This document shows, in pieces, positions 9,510-17,355 of a stretch of DNA of 33,683 nucleotides. The notes beneath the pieces are model-generated. The model searched no databases. It was not told the DNA's origin and saw only the letters and a list, made by a program, of their open reading frames with translations. Position 1 is the stretch's first letter, and every line of letters begins with the position of its first letter. The position numbers were made by a program, and so were the translations under genes. The DNA comes from Thermoplasmata archaeon (GTDB taxonomy: Archaea; Thermoplasmatota; Thermoplasmata; Lutacidiplasmatales; UBA184), in assembly GCA_030043855.1 (NCBI GenBank), contig JASHWW010000071.1, positions 1 to 33,683 on the forward strand, written 5' to 3'.

Positions 9510-9907
9510 CCATGGCCCCGAAACGGACCCGTGCGACCAAGCGAGCGACGCGTCGCCCCCGGACTTCCACCGCGCTCGAGGGAGACGCGGCGGTGCGAGC
9601 CAAGATCGCCCTGCTGCCGGGAGCGTACCGTGCCATGGGCGAGCGACTGCATGCGATCATCCGGGCGAACGCTCCCCTCCTCACGCCGCGGACCTGGTAC
9701 GGGATGCCGGCCTACGCGAAGGACGGAGAGGTCGTCTGCTTCTTTCGGGGTCCGCAAGTGTTCCAGGAGCGGTACCTGACCCTCGGGTTCAACGACGGAG
9801 CGAACCTCGACGAGGGGGGAATGTGGCCCGTCTACTACGCGCTCACCGGGTTGTCCGCGGCCGACGAGGCCCGGATCGCCGAGTTGGTGAAGCGCGCGGT
9901 CGGCTGA
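9506..9907 (+). CDS. DUF1801 (YdhG-like) protein
   Basis: [30 protein letters not shown]...RYLTLGF...ANLDEG.MWP. ATGA overlap at 9506; the alternative ATG 9512 has a GGAGG upstream. Confidence 0.85.
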   Translation: MTMAPKRTRATKRATRRPRTSTALEGDAAVRAKIALLPGAYRAMGERLHAIIRANAPLLTPRTWYGMPAYAKDGEVVCFFRGPQVFQERYLTLGFNDGANLDEGGMWPVYYALTGLSAADEARIAELVKRAVG

Positions 9908-9919
9908 TCGGACGATGCA

Positions 9920-9942
9920 CTCGCCCCCGTTCGCGGGGCGAG
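9920..9942. terminator. GC-rich hairpin between convergent DUF1801 and tRNA-Gly
   Basis: CTCGCCCC-C-G-TTCG-C-GGGGCGAG forms a 9-bp stem with one bulge and a UUCG loop on the + strand. There is no U-tract, so function is inferred from position only. Confidence 0.35.
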
Positions 9943-9950
9943 ACCGGAGG

Positions 9951-10024
9951 TGCGGGCACCGGGATTTGAACCCGAGTTATAGGCTTGGCAAGCCTATGTG
10001 ATAACCAGACTACACTATGCCCGC
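9951..10024 (-). tRNA. tRNA-Gly(GCC), no intron, CCA not encoded
   Basis: Reverse complement GCGGGCA TA GTGTAGTCTGGTTATCAC A TAGGC TTGCCAA GCCTA TAAC TCGGG TTCAAAT CCCGG TGCCCGC A folds as a full cloverleaf with anticodon GCC and discriminator A. Confidence 0.97.
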
Positions 10025-10097
10025 GTTTTGCTGAGGTCCCCGCCGCCGTGCGTGGCCGCCGCGAGGCGGTCCCAACGCAGGCGGCGAAAAGGCCGCC

Positions 10098-12815
10098 CTA
10101 TAAGAAAGCGCCCGCGCCGCGCGCCGGCCGGCGCGGGGCCGAAGAACTCGCCACCGGGCGGAACGCCGCGACCGGAGCGGCCGGCGCCGCCGTCCCGACG
10201 AAGAGCGAGGTCCCGGCGCCGCCCGTGGTTCCCTCCGGCACGGTCACCGTCACACAGGTGCTCCGGGGACTCTGCCCCGTGGCGTTCCAATCGGTGACCT
10301 CGGCGGAGTAGGTGGCCCCGGCCCGGACGTCGGCGACCAGTTTCCAGGGAGCGCGGGTGCGGTGCGCGGCGATCGGTGTCCCGCAGCCGGCGCCGCGATA
10401 CAGATAGAGCGTGTTGTTCCGGATCCCGCCGCCGGGGCTTTCGGTCCACGTCCAATTGATGCCGAGCGCCTCGGCTGTGCCGGTCAGGTTGGTCGGTGCC
10501 GCCGGGAGCGGATGCGGCGTGGCCACCACCAGGCAGCCGGACCGGTTGCTCTGACCGGTCGCGTTCCAGGCGGTGACCGCGAACGCGTACCGCTTGCCGG
10601 GCTTCAGCCCCGTGAGCGTCCAGTTCGTCGCCACCCCGACCGACCGCTCCCGCATCGTCGCGGGGCACGTCGCGCCCGCCACCCAGTAGACGGTGTCCCG
10701 AAGGAGGCCACCACCGCCGGGGTTGACCCATTCCAGGGCCACCGTCGTCGGGGTGACGTTTCTGGCGACGACGTCCGTCGGAGCGCCCGGGACGGTCGCC
10801 GAGGGCGCCGGACCGCCGGTGGTCGCCACCGCGCACGTCGACGCGTTGCTCGGTCCGGAGGAATTCCAGGCGATCACGTCGAAGGCGTACTCCGTCCGAT
10901 CCGCCAGACCCGCGACGGTGTATTCCGTGACGACCCCGACCGAGTCGCGGGCGGTGGGCGGGCCGCACGCCGCGCCGAGAGCGACCTCGACCGTATCGTT
11001 GACGAGTCCGCCGCCCGGTGGGTTCGCCCAGGTCAATGCGACGGAGGAGGGCGTCACGTTAGCGACCGTGAGACCGGTCGGTGCCTGGGGCGCCGGGGGT
11101 GCGGCCAGGGTCTGCGTGGTAACGCAGGCGGAGGCGTTGCTCTGGCCCGTGCCGTTCCACGCCGTCACGGAGAAGGCGTACTCGGTACCGCCGGCCAGTC
11201 CGGCCACCGTGTACTCGGTCGTCACCCCGACGGAGAGGATCGTAGTGGGGGCGCCACAGGCCGAGCCGAGTGCGACGTACACGGTGTCGTTCAGCAGCCC
11301 CCCACCGGCCGGATTCGACCAGTTCAGCTGGACGGAGGTCGTCGTGCGGTTGCTGGCCGTGAGCTCGGTCGGCGGCGGCGGAATCCGTGGCACGGGGGGC
11401 GGCAACGTTCGGTTCAGCGGCCCGAACTCGTTGGTCATGCTCGGGAGCCAGTAGATCAGGAGGGTGCAGACCGTCCCGCACGAATGCCCCGACGCGGTCC
11501 CGTTCTGGAGAATGGCGCCCTCCCAGCCCGCCGAGGGGCCGACGAAGTGCCAGCTGTTGATCCAGGGTCCGCCGCCGAAGCCGAAGTTGTAGGTCGAGAA
11601 GAACGTCGGGAACCAGGTGCTGTTGCTCGCGACGATCTCCGAGCGGTTCAGGGGATCCGCGAACGCGCTCTGGTACGCGGCGGACACGTGCGAGTTGTAC
11701 CCGTTCAGGAAGTAGCCGGAGGTATCCCAGAAGGCGGCGGCGGTCTCATCGGTCGTACCGAAACTGCCCGTGGGCGCGGTCGTCGGAGACCCGTCCTGGC
11801 TCAGGTTCCGGTCGAGCGAGATGTTCAGGACGCGGTTCCCGGCGCCGCTGGCCCCGAGCCCCCAGAGGGTCGTCCGACCGCCCGCCACGCGGAACAGGTA
11901 GGGGATGTTCTCGACATCCGCCCCCACGACCGATCCGCCCCACCGGTCGACGTACGCGATCGTGTCGGCGGCGGTCAGGTTGAACGCCCGAACGAGCAGG
12001 GTGCCGTTCGAGACCTGATCGACGTCCTCCACGACCTGCTCGGCGCTCGGGACGTAGACGGCGCTGTTCCACGCGGGGAGCGCCGGCGCCGTCAGGGAAA
12101 CGAGCTGGTGCGAGAAGATGTTGAAGAAGTCGATCTCGGTCATCGCGGTGTTCGTGTAGTAGACCCAGCCGCTCGCGTTCCAGACTCCCAGGTTCACGTT
12201 CTGCGAGACGGAGGGGGTGCCGAGGATGGTCGTGTTGACCACGTACGACGAGTCGTTCGTCAGGCTGTACCAGGCGACCCAGACGTAGTCGGTCGGAAGC
12301 TCCCCCATCTCGTACAGCACGTCGACGCTCCCGTTCCACGACTGGAACGCCTGGAGCATGGACGGACTGTCGAAGTTGGAGAGGTTCGTCGGCCACGCGC
12401 TCAACGTCTCCGTCGTGCCGCTGGGGATCGACTCCGCGAGCAGCTGGGAGGAGGCGTTGACGTAGTACGCCGTCATGACGCCGCTCGGATTTTGGTCGGT
12501 GATCACGGGCGTGTCGAAGATGTTGTCCGTCGAGCTGAACCAGTGACGGGTTCCCGGGAAGTACGGGAGCGAGTAGTTGCGCCAGTCGATCGTCTGGTTC
12601 CAGGTGGTCCATCCCGCGGGGATCGAGAGCGCGACCGTCGCGCGGGACGGCCCCGGGGTCGCCCCGGTCGGCCCGACGGATCCGAGCGACGGCGGAGCGT
12701 GGCTCGCCGCCGCTCCCGCGGGCACCCCTCCGGCCGGGAGGGACGAGACCGCGAGGAGGGCGACGGCGAGCACTGCCGCGACGGTGACGGCGGGTCTCGT
12801 CCAGCCGACGGGCAC
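10098..12815 (-). CDS. Secreted glycoprotein with a beta-rich N-terminal domain and four C-terminal fibronectin type III repeats
   Basis: Signal-peptide-like AVTVAAVLAVALLAVSS follows GTG 12815 (GAGG upstream; in-frame GTG 12836 is an alternative; TTTAT box at minus 12876-12872). FN3 motifs W.NP...Y.V.GL...T.Y.F.V.AWN..G.S occur four times, with many N-x-S/T sequons. Confidence 0.85.
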   Translation of the reverse strand: MPVGWTRPAVTVAAVLAVALLAVSSLPAGGVPAGAAASHAPPSLGSVGPTGATPGPSRATVALSIPAGWTTWNQTIDWRNYSLPYFPGTRHWFSSTDNIFDTPVITDQNPSGVMTAYYVNASSQLLAESIPSGTTETLSAWPTNLSNFDSPSMLQAFQSWNGSVDVLYEMGELPTDYVWVAWYSLTNDSSYVVNTTILGTPSVSQNVNLGVWNASGWVYYTNTAMTEIDFFNIFSHQLVSLTAPALPAWNSAVYVPSAEQVVEDVDQVSNGTLLVRAFNLTAADTIAYVDRWGGSVVGADVENIPYLFRVAGGRTTLWGLGASGAGNRVLNISLDRNLSQDGSPTTAPTGSFGTTDETAAAFWDTSGYFLNGYNSHVSAAYQSAFADPLNRSEIVASNSTWFPTFFSTYNFGFGGGPWINSWHFVGPSAGWEGAILQNGTASGHSCGTVCTLLIYWLPSMTNEFGPLNRTLPPPVPRIPPPPTELTASNRTTTSVQLNWSNPAGGGLLNDTVYVALGSACGAPTTILSVGVTTEYTVAGLAGGTEYAFSVTAWNGTGQSNASACVTTQTLAAPPAPQAPTGLTVANVTPSSVALTWANPPGGGLVNDTVEVALGAACGPPTARDSVGVVTEYTVAGLADRTEYAFDVIAWNSSGPSNASTCAVATTGGPAPSATVPGAPTDVVARNVTPTTVALEWVNPGGGGLLRDTVYWVAGATCPATMRERSVGVATNWTLTGLKPGKRYAFAVTAWNATGQSNRSGCLVVATPHPLPAAPTNLTGTAEALGINWTWTESPGGGIRNNTLYLYRGAGCGTPIAAHRTRAPWKLVADVRAGATYSAEVTDWNATGQSPRSTCVTVTVPEGTTGGAGTSLFVGTAAPAAPVAAFRPVASSSAPRRPARGAGAFL
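10240..11380 (-). repeat. Four tandem diverged FN3-coding repeats (about 280-295 nt each; boundaries approximate)
   Basis: Recurring protein motifs PT.L, GGG(L/I).N(D/N)T.Y, and WN.(T/S)G.S, with recurring DNA such as (G/A)TTCCA at the WN codons. Confidence 0.75.
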
Positions 12816-13016
12816 CTCTTCCCCTCGACGGTCCACGGAGCGACCGGGCGGGCCGGAATCGCGGGGCCGCGATAAAGGGTCGTTCGGCGCAGAATCCCCC
12901 CGGAACCGTCGCACCCCTCCCGACGGGCGCCTTCCGGGAGCGAATCGGAGGATCGGCCGGGGCCCGTGGCATTATTACGGGCGCTCGGACGTACTCCCGT
13001 CGGGGGAGTCGGCCGG

Positions 13017-13787
13017 ATGCCCGAGGTGTGGGCGGAGGGGGACACGCTCGTCCTGAAGCGGCAAGGAGTCCCGCCGATCCTGGTCCGCCTCTCGAAGGGC
13101 CCCCAGCGGATCGAGGAGTACGGGGTCCTGGACCTCACCGACCAGATCGGGCGGCCGCCGGGCGGGACCGTCACCTGGCTCGACATCGCCTATCGCGCCG
13201 TACGACCGTCGTTGTCCGACCTCTTCGGCAGCATGCACCGCGGCGCCCAGATCGTCACGCCGAAGGACGCCGCGCACCTCGTGTACCTGGCGGGGGTCGC
13301 CCCCGGGGGCCGCGTCGCCGAGGCCGGGTCGGGGAGCGGGGCGCTGACGATCGCACTGGCCGTGGCCGTCGGCGGAGCCGGGCACGTCACGACCTACGAT
13401 CGGCGGAGCGACTTCCTGGAGACCGCGCGCGTCAACGTGCGACGGGCCGGGCTCGAGGGGCGCGTCACCTTCGTCGAACGGGACGTCGGGAAGGACGGGA
13501 TCGATGCGACCGAGCTGACGAGCGTCCTGCTCGACCTCCCGGAACCGTGGGAGGTCCTCCCGTCGGCCCGCGCGGCGCTGGTGCCGGGCGGCTACGTCGC
13601 GACGTACACGCCCACGTACAACCAACTCGAGAAGGCCGTTCGGGGACTCCGCACCCTCGGATTCGATGAGGTGCGGGCGGTCGAACTGCTCGAGCGGTCG
13701 CTGCATGTCGGCGACGGCGGTACCCGACCGGACTTCGAGATGCTCGGGCACACGGGCTTCCTCGCGGCCGGCCGGAAGGTCGACTGA
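13017..13787 (+). CDS. trmI: tRNA (adenine-57/58-N1)-methyltransferase
   Basis: RGAQIVTPKDA, EAGSGSGALT, LDLPEPW, RPDFEMLGHTGFL. ATG 13017 is preferred because the ORF-track GTG 12966 lies upstream of the AT-rich box at 12971-12977. Confidence 0.93.
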   Translation: MPEVWAEGDTLVLKRQGVPPILVRLSKGPQRIEEYGVLDLTDQIGRPPGGTVTWLDIAYRAVRPSLSDLFGSMHRGAQIVTPKDAAHLVYLAGVAPGGRVAEAGSGSGALTIALAVAVGGAGHVTTYDRRSDFLETARVNVRRAGLEGRVTFVERDVGKDGIDATELTSVLLDLPEPWEVLPSARAALVPGGYVATYTPTYNQLEKAVRGLRTLGFDEVRAVELLERSLHVGDGGTRPDFEMLGHTGFLAAGRKVD

Positions 13788-13789
13788 GG

Positions 13790-14578
13790 ATGGTCGTCCC
13801 GTCGCTGTCGCTCGGCGCCCTCGTCGGCGTCGCGCTCTCCGGCGGGTTCGTCTACTGGGAGATCGGGAAGTACGCGACCCCCCAGGTCCCGGCCACCCTG
13901 TTCGACGAGCGCCGCGAGATCTTCGCGTACACGGCGGGACTGTTCGTCGGCGTCCCGCTCGCGGTAGCGCTCATCCTGTTCCTCGACTCGATGGCCAACG
14001 GGGCGCTCCCCGGGGCCGCCATCTTCCTGGTCGCCCTCCTGGCCGGCACCGAGGTCGCGCAGTGGGGCCTCCTCCGCGCCCGGTACTGGGGACGGAGCGA
14101 GAGCTCCCCGTTCTACGCGCTCGGCTACCGGGCCTCCATCGGGGGCATCCTGGCCCTCGCCGTCGTCGCCCAGTACCTCAGCGCCCCCGGTCCGACCGCA
14201 CCGGGGATCGCCCTCGTGCTCGTGCAATCCGCGGCGATCCTGGTCCTCGAGGTCGCCGGAGCCCTGATTTCGTTGCCGCCCCGCCCCCGGGCGGGCCGCC
14301 CGGGCGGCGGTCCGCTCTCGGGGGTGCTGATCGGGGGGTTCGGATTCTTCCTGATTGGGCTCGGACCGCTCGGCGGCGAGGCGGCCGCCTTCGCGGGGGC
14401 GCTGGTGGCGCTGGCCGGAGGCTGGCTCATCTACCAGCGGTTGCGGCCGATGCTCGCCACCATTCCGCCCCCCGGGGCTCCGCCTCCCGCCCCGCCCGCG
14501 GAGCGGGCCCGGGCCTATCGGCGCACCGCGGACGGGACGGAAGCCCCCGAGAGCGACGGCTCGGCGGCCCTTCGGTAG
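13790..14578 (+). CDS. Multi-pass membrane protein of unknown function
   Basis: About 7 hydrophobic segments with GC3-rich codons, starting 2 nt after the trmI stop. Confidence 0.8.
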   Translation: MVVPSLSLGALVGVALSGGFVYWEIGKYATPQVPATLFDERREIFAYTAGLFVGVPLAVALILFLDSMANGALPGAAIFLVALLAGTEVAQWGLLRARYWGRSESSPFYALGYRASIGGILALAVVAQYLSAPGPTAPGIALVLVQSAAILVLEVAGALISLPPRPRAGRPGGGPLSGVLIGGFGFFLIGLGPLGGEAAAFAGALVALAGGWLIYQRLRPMLATIPPPGAPPPAPPAERARAYRRTADGTEAPESDGSAALR

Positions 14579-14610
14579 GTTGATAAGCCAACCGACCTCC
14601 CGCCGACCGA

Positions 14611-15036
14611 ATGCCCCCGAATCCTCCGGCCCGGACGTTCTCCCAGCGCCTCCGGCACGGGTTCCGGGTGCACCGGGAGATCGTCTCGATCGTCATCTTC
14701 GCGATCGGGGTGTTCCTCAGCATCTTGGCTCTCGGGTGGGTCACGCCGCTCCAGACCGTCCCGCCGTTCCCCGCGATCAACGCGGTCACCGACACGCCGA
14801 ACGCGAACTACAATCTGGTCTTCATCGTCGTCGGCCCGATCGTCGCGATCGTCGGCGCGTACCTCGTCGGGGCGTACTACGTCGCCCGGCGGAAGTTCGA
14901 GCACCTGATGCTCACCAAGAGCAAGGCGGAGTTCCTGCGGAACATCCCCGAGCTCGAGGACCTGCTCTGGGACCTGACGCCCAACGACGAGATCCGGTAC
15001 GACGAGAAGCGGTCGGAGCTCCGCGTCCGCCGGTAG
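14611..15036 (+). CDS. Two-TM membrane protein resembling DUF3198 (Thermoplasmata-type)
   Basis: Two TM helices followed by KFEHLMLTKSKAEFLRNIPELEDL.W.L, recalled as the DUF3198 pattern. TTGATAAG box at 14580-14587. Confidence 0.7.
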   Translation: MPPNPPARTFSQRLRHGFRVHREIVSIVIFAIGVFLSILALGWVTPLQTVPPFPAINAVTDTPNANYNLVFIVVGPIVAIVGAYLVGAYYVARRKFEHLMLTKSKAEFLRNIPELEDLLWDLTPNDEIRYDEKRSELRVRR

Positions 15037-15082
15037 GCGCGCCGCGCGGCCGCGTTAAGTACCGTCCGCCGGTCGGCGCGGC

Positions 15083-15979
15083 GTGGCGACCGCCGGGGTC
15101 GACGGCCGGATCGAGGGGTTCCGGCTCCGCCGCCTGGAGAAGCCCGAGGAGTTCCGACAGGTCGAGGAGCTCCTCCAGGCAGCGTTCGGCACGGCCGCCC
15201 CCGGGGGGATGCCGACCTCCCTCCAGCGTGCGCTGCAGGACAACGGGGGCCTCGTCCTCGGCGCGTTCGCCGACATCTACCTCGCCGGGGCGGCCGTCTC
15301 GTTCCTCGGGTGGGACGGGACGACGCTCTACCACTACTCCCACCTCCTGATGGTCCGTCCGGAGTACCAGAACCACCACCTGGGGTTCCGGATGAAACTG
15401 TTCCAGCGCGAGGAGGTCACGAAACTCGGGCTCGCCGAGATCCGGTGGACGTTCGACCCGCTCCTGAGCCGCAACGCCTACCTGAACGTCCGCCGGCTCG
15501 GCAGCGTCCCCCGGAAGTATCTCCCCCACTACTACGGTCAGATGTCCGACGCGGCGAACCAGGGGCTCGAGACCGACCGCCTCCTGACCGCGTGGTCGAT
15601 CGCGTCCCCCGCCGTCGAGGCGCGCCTGACCTCCCCGGCCCCGTCCGCCGCCGACGACCGGGCACGATTCGAGCGGTCGTTCCGCATCGTGACGACCGAC
15701 CAGGGGGAGAGCGGCCTGCGAATCCCCACGGCGGTCGAAGAGCCGACCGGACCGAGCGCCCACCTCGAGATCCCGTTCGACTTCGCCGCCGTCCGGGAAC
15801 ACGAGCCGAAGTCCGTCCGGACCTGGCGACACGCGGTCCGCGACGCGTTCCGGGCCGCCTTCGACGCGGGCTACCGGGTCGACGACTTCGCCGTCGTCTC
15901 GACCGCCGCCCACGAGCGACGGAGTGTCTACTTCCTCGCGCCCGCCCCGCCGCCCGCCGGCGGGAGCCCGCCACCCTAG
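15083..15979 (+). CDS. GNAT acyltransferase of the type associated with NSAR/OSBS (putative D-amino acid N-succinyltransferase)
   Basis: GGLVLGAF, YSHLLMVRPEYQN..LGFRMKL.QRE, WTFDPL.SRNAYLN...LG, YYGQM.D..NQG..TDR...W, and LEIP.DF...R...WR...R..F. TTAAGT box at 15055-15060. Confidence 0.82.
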   Translation: MATAGVDGRIEGFRLRRLEKPEEFRQVEELLQAAFGTAAPGGMPTSLQRALQDNGGLVLGAFADIYLAGAAVSFLGWDGTTLYHYSHLLMVRPEYQNHHLGFRMKLFQREEVTKLGLAEIRWTFDPLLSRNAYLNVRRLGSVPRKYLPHYYGQMSDAANQGLETDRLLTAWSIASPAVEARLTSPAPSAADDRARFERSFRIVTTDQGESGLRIPTAVEEPTGPSAHLEIPFDFAAVREHEPKSVRTWRHAVRDAFRAAFDAGYRVDDFAVVSTAAHERRSVYFLAPAPPPAGGSPPP

Positions 15980-16027
15980 GGGAAGGGTATATCGCCCGTT
16001 CCCGGCCTCCGTCGGTCGGGTGGGGCC

Positions 16028-16930
16028 GTGCACGGCTCGGGACGCAACACCGTCCTCCTCGTGGCGCTGCTCGTCGTGGCGGTCGGGGCGGGCCTCGCCG
16101 CGACGATCCTGGCGACCGCTCCGTCGCACGCGCCGAACGCGGGTCCTTCGACCGAGCTGATCCTGCCGTTCTGGGTCGTCGTCCTTCCGATCCTCGGACT
16201 GTTCGTCGCCGGGATGGCCCTGATGATCGGGCAGCGGGCGCGGGGGACCGCCGCCTCGGTGCCGAATCCGATCGTGGTGGCGATCCTCGTCGGGATGCTC
16301 CTGTTGGCCGGGTTCGTCGTGGTCTCCCATTTCCTGGGCGGCGGAGGGATCCTGAGCGGGGGCGGGACCAGCACCCAGGCGAACTCGACCGTCAACTCCA
16401 CCCCGCCGGCCAACGGAACCCCCCTGCCCAACGGACCGGGTGGGGCGCTCGACCGGTGGTCGATCCCGCCGTGGGTCGGCGATCTTCTCCTGTTCGTGCT
16501 GGTCGGGGGGTTCCTGGCCGTCCTGTCGGGCGGTCTGCTCGCGAGCCGGCTGGCTTCCCCGGGCCGGCTCTCGCTCCGGCGACGGCGGTCGGGAGGCGCG
16601 ACCGCGGCCGCGGCCTCGGCATTGGCCGAGGCGCAGGTCGCCCTCGACGAGGGGGCCGACCCGCGGGCGACGATCCTGGTCCTGTACGGACAGCTGCTTT
16701 CCCGCCTCACCGCGATGATCGGGGACGTGGACGTGGTGACGCCGGAGGAGATCCGCAGTCAGCACCTGGTGCGCCTCGGAGTCGGGCCCCGCGACGCGAA
16801 CGAGCTGACCCGCCTGTTCGAGGAGGCCCGGTACTCGACCCACCCGATGGGCGCCGAGGCGGCCGACCGGGCGCAGCGAGCGATCGGCGGGGCCCTCGCC
16901 GACCTTCAGCGCCGGGCCCCGGCGGCATGA
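16028..16930 (+). CDS. DUF4129 domain membrane protein
   Basis: Four TM segments followed by TILVLYGQL...TPEEI...LTRLFEEARYSTHPM, the DUF4129 pattern. Confidence 0.8.
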   Translation: MHGSGRNTVLLVALLVVAVGAGLAATILATAPSHAPNAGPSTELILPFWVVVLPILGLFVAGMALMIGQRARGTAASVPNPIVVAILVGMLLLAGFVVVSHFLGGGGILSGGGTSTQANSTVNSTPPANGTPLPNGPGGALDRWSIPPWVGDLLLFVLVGGFLAVLSGGLLASRLASPGRLSLRRRRSGGATAAAASALAEAQVALDEGADPRATILVLYGQLLSRLTAMIGDVDVVTPEEIRSQHLVRLGVGPRDANELTRLFEEARYSTHPMGAEAADRAQRAIGGALADLQRRAPAA

Positions 16931-17355
16931 GCCTCTCCCGGTCGTTCGTCGCGTTGCTGCTCGTCGCCCTGGGGGCGGCCGCCGTAGCGATCTGGGCGGG
17001 CACGAATCTGACGATCGCCCTCCCGGCGGCCCTCCTGGCCCTGCTCGTCGCGGCGGCGATGGTCTACGACGGGTGGAGCCAAGGCGCGACGGCCGAGCGT
17101 GCCGTCTCGGGGCTCCCGACCGCAGTCTCCGGCGCCACGACGGACACGAAGTCCGCGTCGCTGCCCCCCCTCGACGGCAGTCGGTTCGACCGGGAGGAGG
17201 TCGTCCTGCTGCTCGACCAGGTCGAGCGGACGATCCGGGACCCGTCCCTTCCGAGCCATCGGTTGGAGGATCTCGACCGCCTCGCCACGCTGCCCCCGGA
17301 GCAGTTCCGCGACTACGTTCGCCGACGCGTCGAGGCGCTCGAGGCGGGGACGTGA
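16927..17355 (+). CDS. Two-TM hypothetical protein of the MoxR/DUF58 cluster
   Basis: ATGA overlap with the DUF4129 stop; MSLSRSFVALLLVALG... hydrophobic N-terminus; GTGA overlap with the next gene. Confidence 0.75.
   Translation: MSLSRSFVALLLVALGAAAVAIWAGTNLTIALPAALLALLVAAAMVYDGWSQGATAERAVSGLPTAVSGATTDTKSASLPPLDGSRFDREEVVLLLDQVERTIRDPSLPSHRLEDLDRLATLPPEQFRDYVRRRVEALEAGT

Noticed and set aside
8664-9963. 9-bp direct repeat GGCACCGGG (8664-72 and 9955-63, in the tRNA 3' end) flanking the ArsR cassette, as a possible att site
   Set aside because: Too short and GC-rich; about one such match is expected by chance in a window this size, and no integrase is present. Its position at the cassette edge is suggestive only.
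10240-11380. Repeated DNA as a CRISPR array or mobile repeat
   Set aside because: The repeats are long, diverged and in frame, and they encode FN3 domains. There are no identical 25-40 nt repeats with spacers and no cas genes.
12962-12982. Minus-strand ATAATGCC resembling part of a TPP riboswitch
   Set aside because: The other TPP core elements (CUGAGA, ACCUG, GCGNAGGGA) are missing and no thiamine gene is adjacent.
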